Virus record (IMG/VR): IMGVR_UViG_3300045988_175607
Coordinates: 111,956 to 175,955 of that record
Length of the DNA stretch: 64,000 bases
Source: a virus
Strand: one strand, 5' to 3'
In this document: positions 8,764-17,174 of the stretch, one piece after another
Layout of the letters: the number at the start of each line of letters is the position of its first letter
How positions within the stretch are numbered: the first letter of the stretch is position 1
The notes under the pieces: model-generated
Seen by the model: only the letters and a program-made list of their open reading frames with translations
The model's database searches: none
What the model was told of the DNA's origin: nothing
Made by a program: the position numbers and the translations under genes

Positions 8764-9156
8764 TTGACCAAAGAGCAGGAAAAAACGAAGCTTGAAAATT
8801 TAATGAAAACGCTGGACATAAGCGAAGCAGAGGCCCGCGAAGTTATGGCCTATGATGAAGCAATAGACCACGGCAAGCCCACGGAATTTGACCTAACGCC
8901 AGAGCAAAAGAAAGTTGCTAAGAAGATGACTAATTGCGACCACAAAAAGCAGACCGGAACAAACTACAAATTTCAAAAGCGCGAAAGAAAGAAGAACGAT
9001 GCAAAGGCCGATTTAATAGCTTTCCTTGCGGAAGCACTGGGCGAAAAGGTTGCAGAACTTCAAATTGTGAACGAGGAACGCCAGCTAAGTTTTAATTATG
9101 AGGGCAACGCCTATGAATTAACGCTAATCCAAAAGAGGAAAAAGAAAGGCGCATGA
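8764..9156 (+). CDS. hypothetical protein, paralog of 5997-6386 (TTG start)
   Basis: TTG 10 nt after aaggagg; homologous to the 5997 product. Confidence 0.5.
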   Translation: MTKEQEKTKLENLMKTLDISEAEAREVMAYDEAIDHGKPTEFDLTPEQKKVAKKMTNCDHKKQTGTNYKFQKRERKKNDAKADLIAFLAEALGEKVAELQIVNEERQLSFNYEGNAYELTLIQKRKKKGA

Positions 9157-9506
9157 ACAATGAAAAAGAATTTCTCTATGTAGGCTGTTATCTTGATGAA
9201 AATGACGATTTTATTCTCAAGATAGGCACGACAAATAATTTGGCGCGGCGCAGAGTTGAGCACACAAGGAATTACCGCAAAACAGATAAGCATAAACTAA
9301 CAGGGCATAGGGAATTTGTTTATCTGTGGCATACGCAGTTGAGCAAATACAATGCATTGCGGTTTGAGGATAGAACGCGCCAGCGTTGGCAAGACGAAGG
9401 AATTGGGGAATTTGTGAGGAATGACCGATTTGTGTGTAAACAAATTCCTGAACAGGTGCAAGTTACGATACGAAAAACTTATACAATTAAAATACCAGAA
9501 TTTTAA
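9153..9506 (+). CDS. T5orf172/GIY-YIG-like domain protein
   Basis: YVGCY...ILKIGTTNNLARRRVEH resembles the T5orf172 motif (KIG.T.n...R...h); moderate. Confidence 0.45.
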   Translation: MNNEKEFLYVGCYLDENDDFILKIGTTNNLARRRVEHTRNYRKTDKHKLTGHREFVYLWHTQLSKYNALRFEDRTRQRWQDEGIGEFVRNDRFVCKQIPEQVQVTIRKTYTIKIPEF

Positions 9507-9555
9507 GAAAAGGAAAACGCGGGGGATTTACTCTCCCCCGCAAAGGATTGATATT

Positions 9556-9735
9556 ATGGATTATATTTGTTGTCCTATTTGCGGCACTACAAATGAATTT
9601 GAAGGTTTTGACACGGAGATCAGCCTTGATTATAAGAAGATAAGACAATATTTTCTTTGTGGTGGTTGTGGTAGCCAATTTATGGCAGAATACACTTTAA
9701 CAGGTGTTGTTGCTTTGAAAGAACCGGAGGAATAA
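9556..9735 (+). CDS. zinc-ribbon protein (59 aa; CPICG...CGGCG)
   Basis: Two CxxC pairs; the ORF-track frame starts earlier, but ATG 9556 is the plausible start. Confidence 0.4.
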   Translation: MDYICCPICGTTNEFEGFDTEISLDYKKIRQYFLCGGCGSQFMAEYTLTGVVALKEPEE

Positions 9736-9775
9736 ATTATTTACTGCGTAAATAATTTACAATGTAAAATTTTTT

Positions 9776-9806
9776 GGCTGAAATTTTATTTCAGCCATTT
9801 TTTTTC
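9776..9806 (+). terminator. rho-independent terminator
   Basis: ggctgaaattttatttcagcc plus T-run. Confidence 0.6.
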
Positions 9807-9948
9807 AAAAAAGGCTTGACATTTGAGCTCGCCGGTCTCTATTGAGGCCGGCGAGAGTTTGTCAAGAGGAAATGTTTGTGAATTTTTTATCGCAAAAGTA
9901 TGATAAAAAAATAACGAATCAATTTTCCCGATTTCTTGAAAAAAAGTG

Positions 9949-9977
9949 TTGACATCAGCGGCGTTATGGTGTATACT
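9949..9977 (+). promoter_or_regulatory. early sigma-A promoter TTGACA-N17-TATACT with ATAATTGTTCCGAAGGGG leader
   Basis: gtgTTGACAtcagcggcgttatggtgTATACTataattgttccgaagggg. Confidence 0.6.
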
Positions 9978-10042
9978 ATAATTGTTCCGAAGGGGTGGAA
10001 ACCTCCAAGAGCATAAAGAAAAGGGATTGTGAGGAAAATAAA

Positions 10043-11107
10043 ATGAGCATGATAGAAAAGAACAAGAGCCAGTTTATGGTTACTCTGGAGAGCGGTAAGC
10101 AGACTTATTTTAACTTTGCTGATGGTAATATCTATGGTGTAAGCGGTAAAGTTGTACAAAAATTTAACGCTGAAGCTATGAGAATTTTGAAGTCTAATCA
10201 GAACAGCAATTTTATTGCCATGTATTTCTATGAAAGAACGCTGTCCTATTCCCCTTATATTGATATTAAAGAATGGCCTGTTTCTTTGGTAGAAACCATT
10301 TACAGCTTGTATGCAAGTCGCTATTCTGTTCATGTACTGGGTAGAATTGCTGAGTTCTGCTATAAGAATAGTTTTAAGCTGGACAAGAAGGGGGTTAAGA
10401 TTTTAACAGAAGCTCTTTCCAGCATGGAAGATAATAACGGCAAATTGGCTTGGATAGATAGCTATTTGCTGGAAAATGAAATCGCTAAAATGTCTTATAA
10501 TGATTTACCCGCGAAAATTATTTCCCTTATTTCAAGAGCTACGCTTGAAATGAAAAAATATATTATAGAAGATGCTCAGAAAATTGCTTTTCGATATGAA
10601 CATGAAAATTGGGAATATCTAAGTAAAGTAATACATTCTGCTGATACATACATTTATCCTTATATATCTCGTTATATTCAGCTTTGCAATTTCCTCCATC
10701 ATGAACGCACCTATAAAAACCTGTTTCAGTCCATTTGCATGATGGAAAAAGAAAAAGAGTTGATGGCCGATCAATTCTGTCTTGAATACCAGAAAAAAGC
10801 CCCTTTGTTCTTTGAAGATGAAAATTTTACAGTTCTCATTCCTACAACTGCGGACGAATTTAAGAAAGAAGCCGACTACCAGCAGAATTGTGTTTTTCGT
10901 CTGTACTATCCAAGGGTTAGGGAGTGCGAAACCCATGTAGTTTTTATTCGTAAAAAGTCTGACATTAACACGCCTTATATTACTTGCGAAGTTAATAACG
11001 ATGGTAAGATTGTTCAGTACCTTACAAGATTTAATAATAATGTAACAGATGATAATGCAAAAGCATTTGGGATTGCTTACCAAGAATATTTGCATGAGCA
11101 TTTCTAA
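10043..11107 (+). CDS. hypothetical protein (354 aa)
   Basis: ATG 10043 after aagggattgtgaggaaaataaa; no confident domain call. Confidence 0.5.
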   Translation: MSMIEKNKSQFMVTLESGKQTYFNFADGNIYGVSGKVVQKFNAEAMRILKSNQNSNFIAMYFYERTLSYSPYIDIKEWPVSLVETIYSLYASRYSVHVLGRIAEFCYKNSFKLDKKGVKILTEALSSMEDNNGKLAWIDSYLLENEIAKMSYNDLPAKIISLISRATLEMKKYIIEDAQKIAFRYEHENWEYLSKVIHSADTYIYPYISRYIQLCNFLHHERTYKNLFQSICMMEKEKELMADQFCLEYQKKAPLFFEDENFTVLIPTTADEFKKEADYQQNCVFRLYYPRVRECETHVVFIRKKSDINTPYITCEVNNDGKIVQYLTRFNNNVTDDNAKAFGIAYQEYLHEHF

Positions 11108-11111
11108 AAGC

Positions 11112-11146
11112 CAAAAGGGAGGGAAAAAAATCCCTTCTTTTTTTAT
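11112..11146 (+). terminator. rho-independent terminator
   Basis: gggagggaaaaaaatcccttc plus T-run. Confidence 0.6.
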
Positions 11147-11163
11147 ATTTTTGCGTGCGGGGC

Positions 11164-11192
11164 TTGACAAATAAATTTATTGGTGCTATAAT
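11164..11192 (+). promoter_or_regulatory. sigma-A promoter TTGACA-N17-TATAAT with AATCCAAGAGAGG leader
   Basis: ggcTTGACAaataaatttattggtgcTATAATtaagataatccaagagagg. Confidence 0.6.
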
Positions 11193-11233
11193 TAAGATAA
11201 TCCAAGAGAGGAACAGTAAAGGAGGCAATAACA

Positions 11234-11380
11234 ATGAATGAATTTTTTGGTTATTGCGGTTGGGATTTTGGCGGCGCACTGAATAATAAGTTTCAGAGGG
11301 GCGAACATGTACGCATTGGGCGTACTATGTATCGTGTGATTTTTCGTATCGGCTCTTGGCATTGGTTAAAAAGAATTTGA
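11234..11380 (+). CDS. small protein (48 aa, MNEFFGYCGWDFGG...)
   Basis: ATG after aaaggaggcaataaca; below ORF-track cutoff. Confidence 0.4.
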   Translation: MNEFFGYCGWDFGGALNNKFQRGEHVRIGRTMYRVIFRIGSWHWLKRI

Positions 11381-11389
11381 AAAAAAGAA

Positions 11390-11418
11390 TTGACATAACA
11401 GCTCTTTTGTGCTATAAT
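11390..11418 (+). promoter_or_regulatory. sigma-A promoter TTGACA-N17-TATAAT
   Basis: aaTTGACAtaacagctcttttgtgcTATAATaatatc. Confidence 0.6.
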
Positions 11419-11445
11419 AATATCATCAAAAGGAGGTTTGATAAT

Positions 11446-11610
11446 ATGCAGGTAAATGAAAACAGACTTGATACTGTTTTGCAAAGTTTTGTAGAATCAT
11501 TTAATGATTGCGCTTGTTGCCCTTTGACTTTTGATTGCGAAAAAGACAATGAAGGGATTGACTGTTATGAATGCATAGAACTGTTGAAAAAATGGCTCAT
11601 AGGGGAATAA
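11446..11610 (+). CDS. Cys-rich small protein (54 aa; CACCPLTFDC...CYEC)
   Basis: ATG after aaaggaggtttgataat; the ORF-track version starts upstream without an RBS. Confidence 0.45.
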   Translation: MQVNENRLDTVLQSFVESFNDCACCPLTFDCEKDNEGIDCYECIELLKKWLIGE

Positions 11611-12304
11611 CCCCCTATTTTTTTCAGCTGGTCGCCCTTGGCCATGGCGACCAGAATTTCAGTTTAATTAAGACTTGTAAATTTTTTTCTGCGCAAGTGT
11701 GGTTCAAGTGCCCTAACTAAAAAATCCTGTAATTAAGTCTTGGCGTCCCGGAGCCGGTTGTTAGGCTCCGGTATTTCCCCCGTGAACCCCATATGGCGAT
11801 TTTTTGCTCAATCCAGCGGCCCTGCCCATATGCGCCTGTTCTCCCGAAAAACCTGGGGCGCGCAAGCGCAGCCCCAAATAAAAAATCATATGTTTTTGAT
11901 CCCGCCCCGGCACTACCCAACCTTTTTATTCCTTTTGATTTTTTATAAAAAATATGTTATAATATTAAAAAAAAAGTAAAAATTCCAAAAGGAAACAAAA
12001 TAAAAATTTTGTCAAACCGCGCGCAACCATCCTGTGCGCCACCATCGCACAGTTTATTTTTATAAAAATATATTGTATAATAATATCATAATCAAAAAGG
12101 GAAAAAGGAGAATGCGGCAAGAGTATTAAAAGGTTGGTTCTATATCCAGTTTGCCTATCCTTTTGATTTGCTCCAAGTTTTTAATGCTCCAGTTATAACT
12201 TGCCGCCTCGGCAACTTTGTTAATGAAAATGGTTGGTTTTTATTAGCACTGTGCGGAATGTTGTAGAAGGCGTAATGCCTTCTACAATTTGTCCCGCCAC
12301 GGCA

Positions 12305-13033
12305 TTAGTTTTCTTTTAAAATGGCTTTAAGCTTTTCACGATATGATTCTAAGTATGTTATAAATATTTGGAATCGAGTTGTACGTGCAATGATATGGCC
12401 AGTTTTTTCAAGGAAACGTCTAATACAACTTCTAAAAGACAAATAATCATGTTCATCAGCTTGCATTAATCCAAAAAATTCTTCTGGACTCATTTCACCT
12501 TGATATACTGCATCAGCTAATAATGCAGCTTTTTTAATTATATCAGGACTGCGCGAATAGAAATCTGTAATAATTTGGTCAAATAAAATTACCTCATCTC
12601 CAGTCATAAGACGATAATGATCATAATCATCAAGTTTAATGCCCCAAATATAATCACGACTACCTATTTCACCATAGCTATCATCATCTTTAGTTATACC
12701 AAACAATTTAACTAAAATCTTTGATATTATTCTTTTAGCAGTCCTTTCACTGGTAAAGTAATTCTAAAGCATAAATAAACGTGCCATGCCGCTTATAGTT
12801 CCAAGACTATCATTCTCTTTGGCACAACGCAACACTTCATCAATAATTAATAATTCAGTTCTTGCATCGAAGTTTCTTTCATAAGTATCTTGGTATATTT
12901 CATTTATAATAACGCCACCATAAACTTTCTCATATTCGCAAAAATGAGAAAGCTTTTCATAGAATTTTACTGATGAATTTCTAAAATGACCGAACGACAC
13001 ACCAAACCAAGCAGCCAATTCTTGAGTTTTCAT
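12305..13033 (-). CDS. HTH-containing protein (243 codons), possible replication-initiator-like; one in-frame TAG at 12764-12766 fuses two ORF-track fragments
   Basis: 12764-13033 and 12305-12706 are in one frame across TAG (…ARLFML-TAG-NYFTSERTAKRIISKILVKLFGITKDD…); N-terminus MKTQELAAWFGVS is HTH-like. Confidence 0.5.
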
Positions 13034-13344
13034 TTTTCCCAGCTATAATTTCATAACATAAACATCCTCCTTTCTTTTAAGAGTCAAGAAAAAGTTGTAA
13101 TATTTTTTGGCACATCTATATGTCTTATAGAGAGGCCATTTTTCATTACAACTCTGACAAGATAATTAAACTTGTCATATCTTTCTACTTTATATAAAAA
13201 AAATATTTAATCTGTTTTATCATTCTTGCCCAAAGAAGCATAAAAAAAATGTGGGCCAAGCCCACGGAAATATGATATTTTTTTGACACGGTATGTTCCT
13301 TTCTTCCGGTGTAAAAAAAGGAACAACTATCACAAATGTTTTGT

Positions 13345-13440
13345 TCTGTTTCAAAATGAGAATTTTAAGATGAGATTTTCATTTCATTTTTTGAAATGAG
13401 TTTTCAATTTTAAATTGAGTTTTTGAAATCAAATTTTGGT
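13345..13440. repeat. iteron-like direct repeats (AAATGAGWTTTT x4-5)
   Basis: aaatgagaattttaagatgagattttcatttcattttttgaaatgagttttcaattttaaattgagtttttgaaatc. Confidence 0.45.
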
Positions 13441-13794
13441 TTTCTTTTTCATTATATATATAATAACATATTTTTATCAAATTGTAAAATAAAATATATA
13501 TGTTAATTTAAAGCGGAAACGGTTACGATAAAAAGAATGTGACCCTGAACGCGCGGTCGGCCACCACTCTTCCCCAATTCTAACATTTCTTTTTACTTCA
13601 CTCTACGCTCGTCAATTTTGTAACTATGTTTGTGATATCTAAGAATTTTAATTCCAATCTACAAAATTCAAGCTCTATAACCCCAACTCCACAATCTATT
13701 GTCAAAAAGATTGTCCTACCAGCTATTTTATCAAAACTCAAGCGCTTTATACTTACGTACAAAGCGCCCCTACATTACAATCAATTTTGAATAA

Positions 13795-13838
13795 AACACC
13801 TGCATTTCAAAAGTGTGTGAAAATTGCAGGTGTTTATA
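13795..13838. repeat. inverted repeat AACACCTGCA...GAAAATTGCAGGTGTT; its right arm recurs at 14700-14716
   Basis: aacacctgcatttcaaaagtgtgtgaaaattgcaggtgtt; acts as a terminator-like hairpin for the minus-strand gene. Confidence 0.5.
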
Positions 13839-13885
13839 TAAACTAATTGGACTTTATAGAATTTTATCCTACAAAACTCTACTTT

Positions 13886-14626
13886 TTAATCCTCAAACAC
13901 TAGCTCATCTATCAATTGCGTTCTCTTTTCTGGGAAGAATCCCAACTCTTCCGTTACCAACATCACAAACACATTATAATTATCTTCAGTTGACATAGTT
14001 GAATAACGCAAAGCCTCTTCTCGCTCAACCTTATTAATCTCGCCCTTGTGATAAGCATCATCAATTACAGCAATGCGCTCACTTTGTTCTCCATAAGCCT
14101 TTTCCGCACACTCTCTAATAATCTTCCTCGAATCCGCATCAAGAATATCAGTGCCTTCTTTATTCATCCAAACATACTAACTTCTGCCGCATTCACCATA
14201 ATCATTCTCAATATAATTTCTACCATAAGATTTACGTTTCCATATTCCAACATAAGAACAAACAGTCTTCTCAGAAACTTGTGCGCTTACTTCATTATTT
14301 TTACTATAAATACTTCTACCAACTCTTGTACCAGTATCAATCTTGGCTTTTCCCGCAGGAGTCAACCTATTGTTTTTATCTCTTACATTACCCCACTCTT
14401 TTGGAGCTTCTTTTTCAATCAACTCATAAGCTTTAGAATAAACAGGAATCTTAACTTTATCAATAATAATTCTTGATTTATCATAATGCCAATCTGCAAA
14501 TCCACTCAAAATTTTCATTTTTTTTTCTTTAACACTTGCACGACTTTTACCTAATGTATCTGGTTTTAACCCAAACCATGAAGATAATTCTTTTAAAGAA
14601 ATATAACCTTCTTTAAGTTCAATCAC
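13886..14626 (-). CDS. hypothetical protein (246 codons); in-frame TAG at 14177-14179 fuses ORF-track fragments 14177-14626 and 13886-14167
   Basis: …ENDYGECGRS-TAG-MVWMNKEGTDILD… continuous in one frame. Confidence 0.5.
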
Positions 14627-14646
14627 ATTAACTTTTCTCCTTTACT

Positions 14647-14717
14647 AAAATCTACTTTTAAATAAACACCTGCGATTTTTCAGCTATATTATATATAAGA
14701 GTGAAAATTGCAGGTGT
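14647..14717. repeat. inverted repeat AAACACCTGCGATTTTT...GAAAATTGCAGGTGTT (second copy of the 13795 element) enclosing a promoter-like loop
   Basis: The identical 16-nt arm gaaaattgcaggtgtt occurs at both ends of the two-gene cassette 13886-14626. Confidence 0.5.
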
Positions 14718-14864
14718 TCTATTAAAATGATAGGATAATGTAGGACTTCGTCCTACATTTATATATAAAATTTAATTAAAAATCACTACTCAATTTTGTC
14801 CAAAAATTTGTGCGGCAAAGCCGCACAATGTCCGCAACTTTACTTTGCGGACTAACGTCCGCAA

Positions 14865-14910
14865 CTTTACTTTTTTATATTTTTATTATATAATATATAT
14901 AGAAAAAATA
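14865..14910 (+). promoter_or_regulatory. conserved phage promoter motif (TATAAT-ATATATAGAAAA family)
   Basis: ttttttatatttttattatataatatatatagaaaaaataag; preceded by GTCCGCAACTTTACT direct repeats (14832-14870). Confidence 0.5.
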
Positions 14911-14933
14911 AGAAAAGGAGGTTTGCGCACTTT

Positions 14934-15374
14934 GTGCGCAAAACTACTATGAATATTAATGATTACCTTCTGACTTCCCTGCGCGATGGTCAGTCTGCTG
15001 AAGACCTCGCTAAGGATCTTTCTGCTGCCCTACAAGTCGCTGAAAAGCAAATTACCGAAGAAAAGCGCCTTTGCGAGCAAAGCTCGCAGCTTAAAACTGA
15101 CCTGTGCGATTGCCTGCGTAAGTATGTGGGTGCTGCGCACCCGCAGACTTACGATAAGCTTGTAGATGTCCACGGCAAAGACTTCACCAATGATGAAATC
15201 ATTGAAATAGTTGATAACACCATAAAAAATACCTCACTTGCGCTTAAGCTTTACGAAAGTATTGCCGATTTTTGCGGCGAAGCCGCAACCACACCAAAGA
15301 CTTGCAGTGAAGAGGCCACGACCACAAATTGGGAAAAGCTTTTTGGCGATTTCTTTAATAAGTATAATTTATAA
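14934..15374 (+). CDS. hypothetical acidic protein (146 aa), GTG start
   Basis: GTG 10 nt after aaaggagg; a stable hairpin tttgcgcactttgtgcgcaaa overlaps the start. Confidence 0.5.
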   Translation: MRKTTMNINDYLLTSLRDGQSAEDLAKDLSAALQVAEKQITEEKRLCEQSSQLKTDLCDCLRKYVGAAHPQTYDKLVDVHGKDFTNDEIIEIVDNTIKNTSLALKLYESIADFCGEAATTPKTCSEEATTTNWEKLFGDFFNKYNL

Positions 15375-15432
15375 AAGCTTTAATTTGTAAAAGCGCAGCT
15401 TTTACAAATTAAAATTAAAATTTTAAATAAAA

Positions 15433-15476
15433 AGAGAAGTTATAAATCTATTATAACTTCTCTTTTTTTATTATAT
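15433..15476 (+). terminator. rho-independent terminator (second of two tandem hairpins after 15374)
   Basis: agagaagttataaatctattataacttctct plus ttttttt; preceded by the ttaatttgtaaaagc/gcttttacaaattaa hairpin. Confidence 0.7.
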
Positions 15477-15614
15477 CCTTTGGGGCGACAGCCCCAAAGC
15501 GACGGGATGTTTTATAATTGTTCAAACGCAGTTTGAACAATTAACTAAAACTCACGGCGACAAAATACCATTATAATTAACATTATCATTATCATTATAA
15601 TTATCATTGTGCTT

Positions 15615-15860
15615 GTAAATACTTGTACAAGCTTGTTACAAACATTTCTCCCTCGCCTAATTAAAAAAGCTTGTATTTTTAATTAAAAAAGCTTGTATAC
15701 AAGCCCACTTTCCTTGTACAAAAATTTTAATTAAAAAAGCTTGTACAATTTTATTATTTTCATCTATAATCAAAAATAAAATTCAGCTTTCTTGCGCTCG
15801 ATTTCTGCTTGCTTACCAATTTCAACTTTGGTACCAACTTGTACAAAATTTGTACAAGCA
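15615..15860. repeat. cluster of TTGTACAA palindromes (at least 6) and three AATTAAAAAAGCTTGTA direct repeats
   Basis: cttgtacaagcttg, gcttgtatacaagcc, ccttgtacaaaaa, gcttgtacaatttt, acttgtacaaaatttgtacaagc; ttaattaaaaaagcttgta x3. Confidence 0.55.
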
Positions 15861-16300
15861 TTTTCCTTGTGGGGCGTTGCCCCACTATTCTCACTAAGCA
15901 ATTCCGCAAATTCTTCTCTAATTGTGCGCAATCTATACGAAACTGCTTGCTGCGAAATCCCCAGCTTTACACCAATCTCTTTCTGCGACAATCCTTGATT
16001 ATATAAAGCCGCAATTTCCGCAAGCCTATTTTCAACTTTTTTCTTTTGTCTACTGGATTCAAGCTTTGCATTATATTTTTCTACATTAACATCATTAACA
16101 GCTTTTAAAGTAGTCAACATCGCATCAATCATAGGATTATCACTACTTATCTAATCCGTCAACACTAACTCTATAGCCGATTCTGCAAGCTCTCCCGCCA
16201 AAATTGGATCACTCATATGAACTTTCTTAATCATATCCAATAAACTATTATATATAACCCCTGAACGCCTTGCCGCCGCATCATTAAACTTCTCTATCAT
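15770..16300 (-). CDS. sigma-70 family (ECF-like) sigma factor with one in-frame TAG (~16147-16149)
   Basis: 16298-16300 ATG (MIEKFNDAAARR…LVLTD-TAG-ISSDNPMIDAML…) is in frame with ORF-track 15770-16132; C-terminal region-4 HTH LSQKEIGVKLGISQQAVSYRLRTIREEF. Confidence 0.6.
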
Positions 16301-16490
16301 CTGAATAATCCTCTAACAAACGTTCAATAGCAAAACATATTACTTTTGATCTATTGGACATTTGCGTTTCTTTACAAAATCCATCCAAAAGCTATAATAA
16401 ATCACTTGGAATAGTAAAAGTAACTCTTGAGTTTGCGCTTTTTCTTTCTTTCAACTCTTGGAGCAATTGCGTTTTCATACTTTTTTGCAT
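16284..16490 (-). CDS. ribbon-helix-helix (CopG/Arc family) DNA-binding protein with in-frame TAG at 16392-16394
   Basis: MQKSMKTQLLQELKERKSANSRVTFTIPSDLL-TAG-LLDGFCKETQMSNRSKVICFAIERLLEDYSDDREV; a full RHH fold only if TAG is read through. Confidence 0.55.
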
Positions 16491-16628
16491 ACTACCTTTC
16501 ATATTTTTCGTATGACTAAATTATACCATAAAAAGTATGAAAATGCAAATTTTTTAATACTTGACTTTCTTCAAAAAATATCTTATAATATATTTATAAA
16601 AAATAATAAAGGACTTACAAATTGTACA

Positions 16629-16928
16629 ATGACTGAACTTTATAATTTTAGTTTTGAATTCTGCGCCGAAGGCGCAGAAAGCTCCACAAAAGAAAATACT
16701 CCGCCCCTCCTCTGTAATGGCATAGTTGCGGGAGCTGACTACGCGGACGCAGTAGCCAATATTGTCGGAACGTTCCGCTCCGACAAAAACAAAATCTCTA
16801 AACTCCTTGTCGAAGAAGTAGGCTCTTCCGCAGTCTTGATTGGCAACCCCAAACCAATTAAAGAGCTTTACTCTAACCCCGAAAAAGAAGAAGAACAAGT
16901 TAGTAATGAAACTGCTAACAACGAATAA
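16629..16928 (+). CDS. hypothetical acidic protein (~99 aa)
   Basis: ATG 16629 downstream of a conserved promoter motif; the ORF-track start at 16458 is unlikely. Confidence 0.4.
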   Translation: MTELYNFSFEFCAEGAESSTKENTPPLLCNGIVAGADYADAVANIVGTFRSDKNKISKLLVEEVGSSAVLIGNPKPIKELYSNPEKEEEQVSNETANNE

Positions 16929-16930
16929 AA

Positions 16931-16967
16931 TAAAAGGGAAACATATAGTTTCCCTTTTATTTTTTAT
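16931..16967 (+). terminator. rho-independent terminator
   Basis: aaagggaaacatatagtttccctttt plus T-run. Confidence 0.6.
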
Positions 16968-17174
16968 AAAAAATATACTATAATATATATATAAAGAAAA
17001 GAAAAAAGAAGAAAGGCTTGCGGAATGAAATTCCGCAAAGAAGTGATAAATGTGAAAAGCAATCCAATTCTCACTGCAATAACTAAACTCACCTTGCGCC
17101 ACTACCGCAACCTTCGCCGCAAACCTATAAACCGCACACCATGTTCACTTTAACTATCTCTTGGAGGAACCTTA

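Noticed and set aside
11717-11979. ORFs 11717-11920 (-) and 11740-11979 (+) in the GC-rich patch
   Set aside because: They overlap on opposite strands, have Gly/Arg/Pro-rich low-complexity products and no RBS; the region is better explained as structured non-coding DNA or RNA.
12000-16500. The opposite-strand island as an integrated transposon or prophage-in-phage
   Set aside because: No integrase, transposase or recombinase gene and no flanking target-site duplication were found; the flanking inverted repeats are noted, but mobility is unproven.
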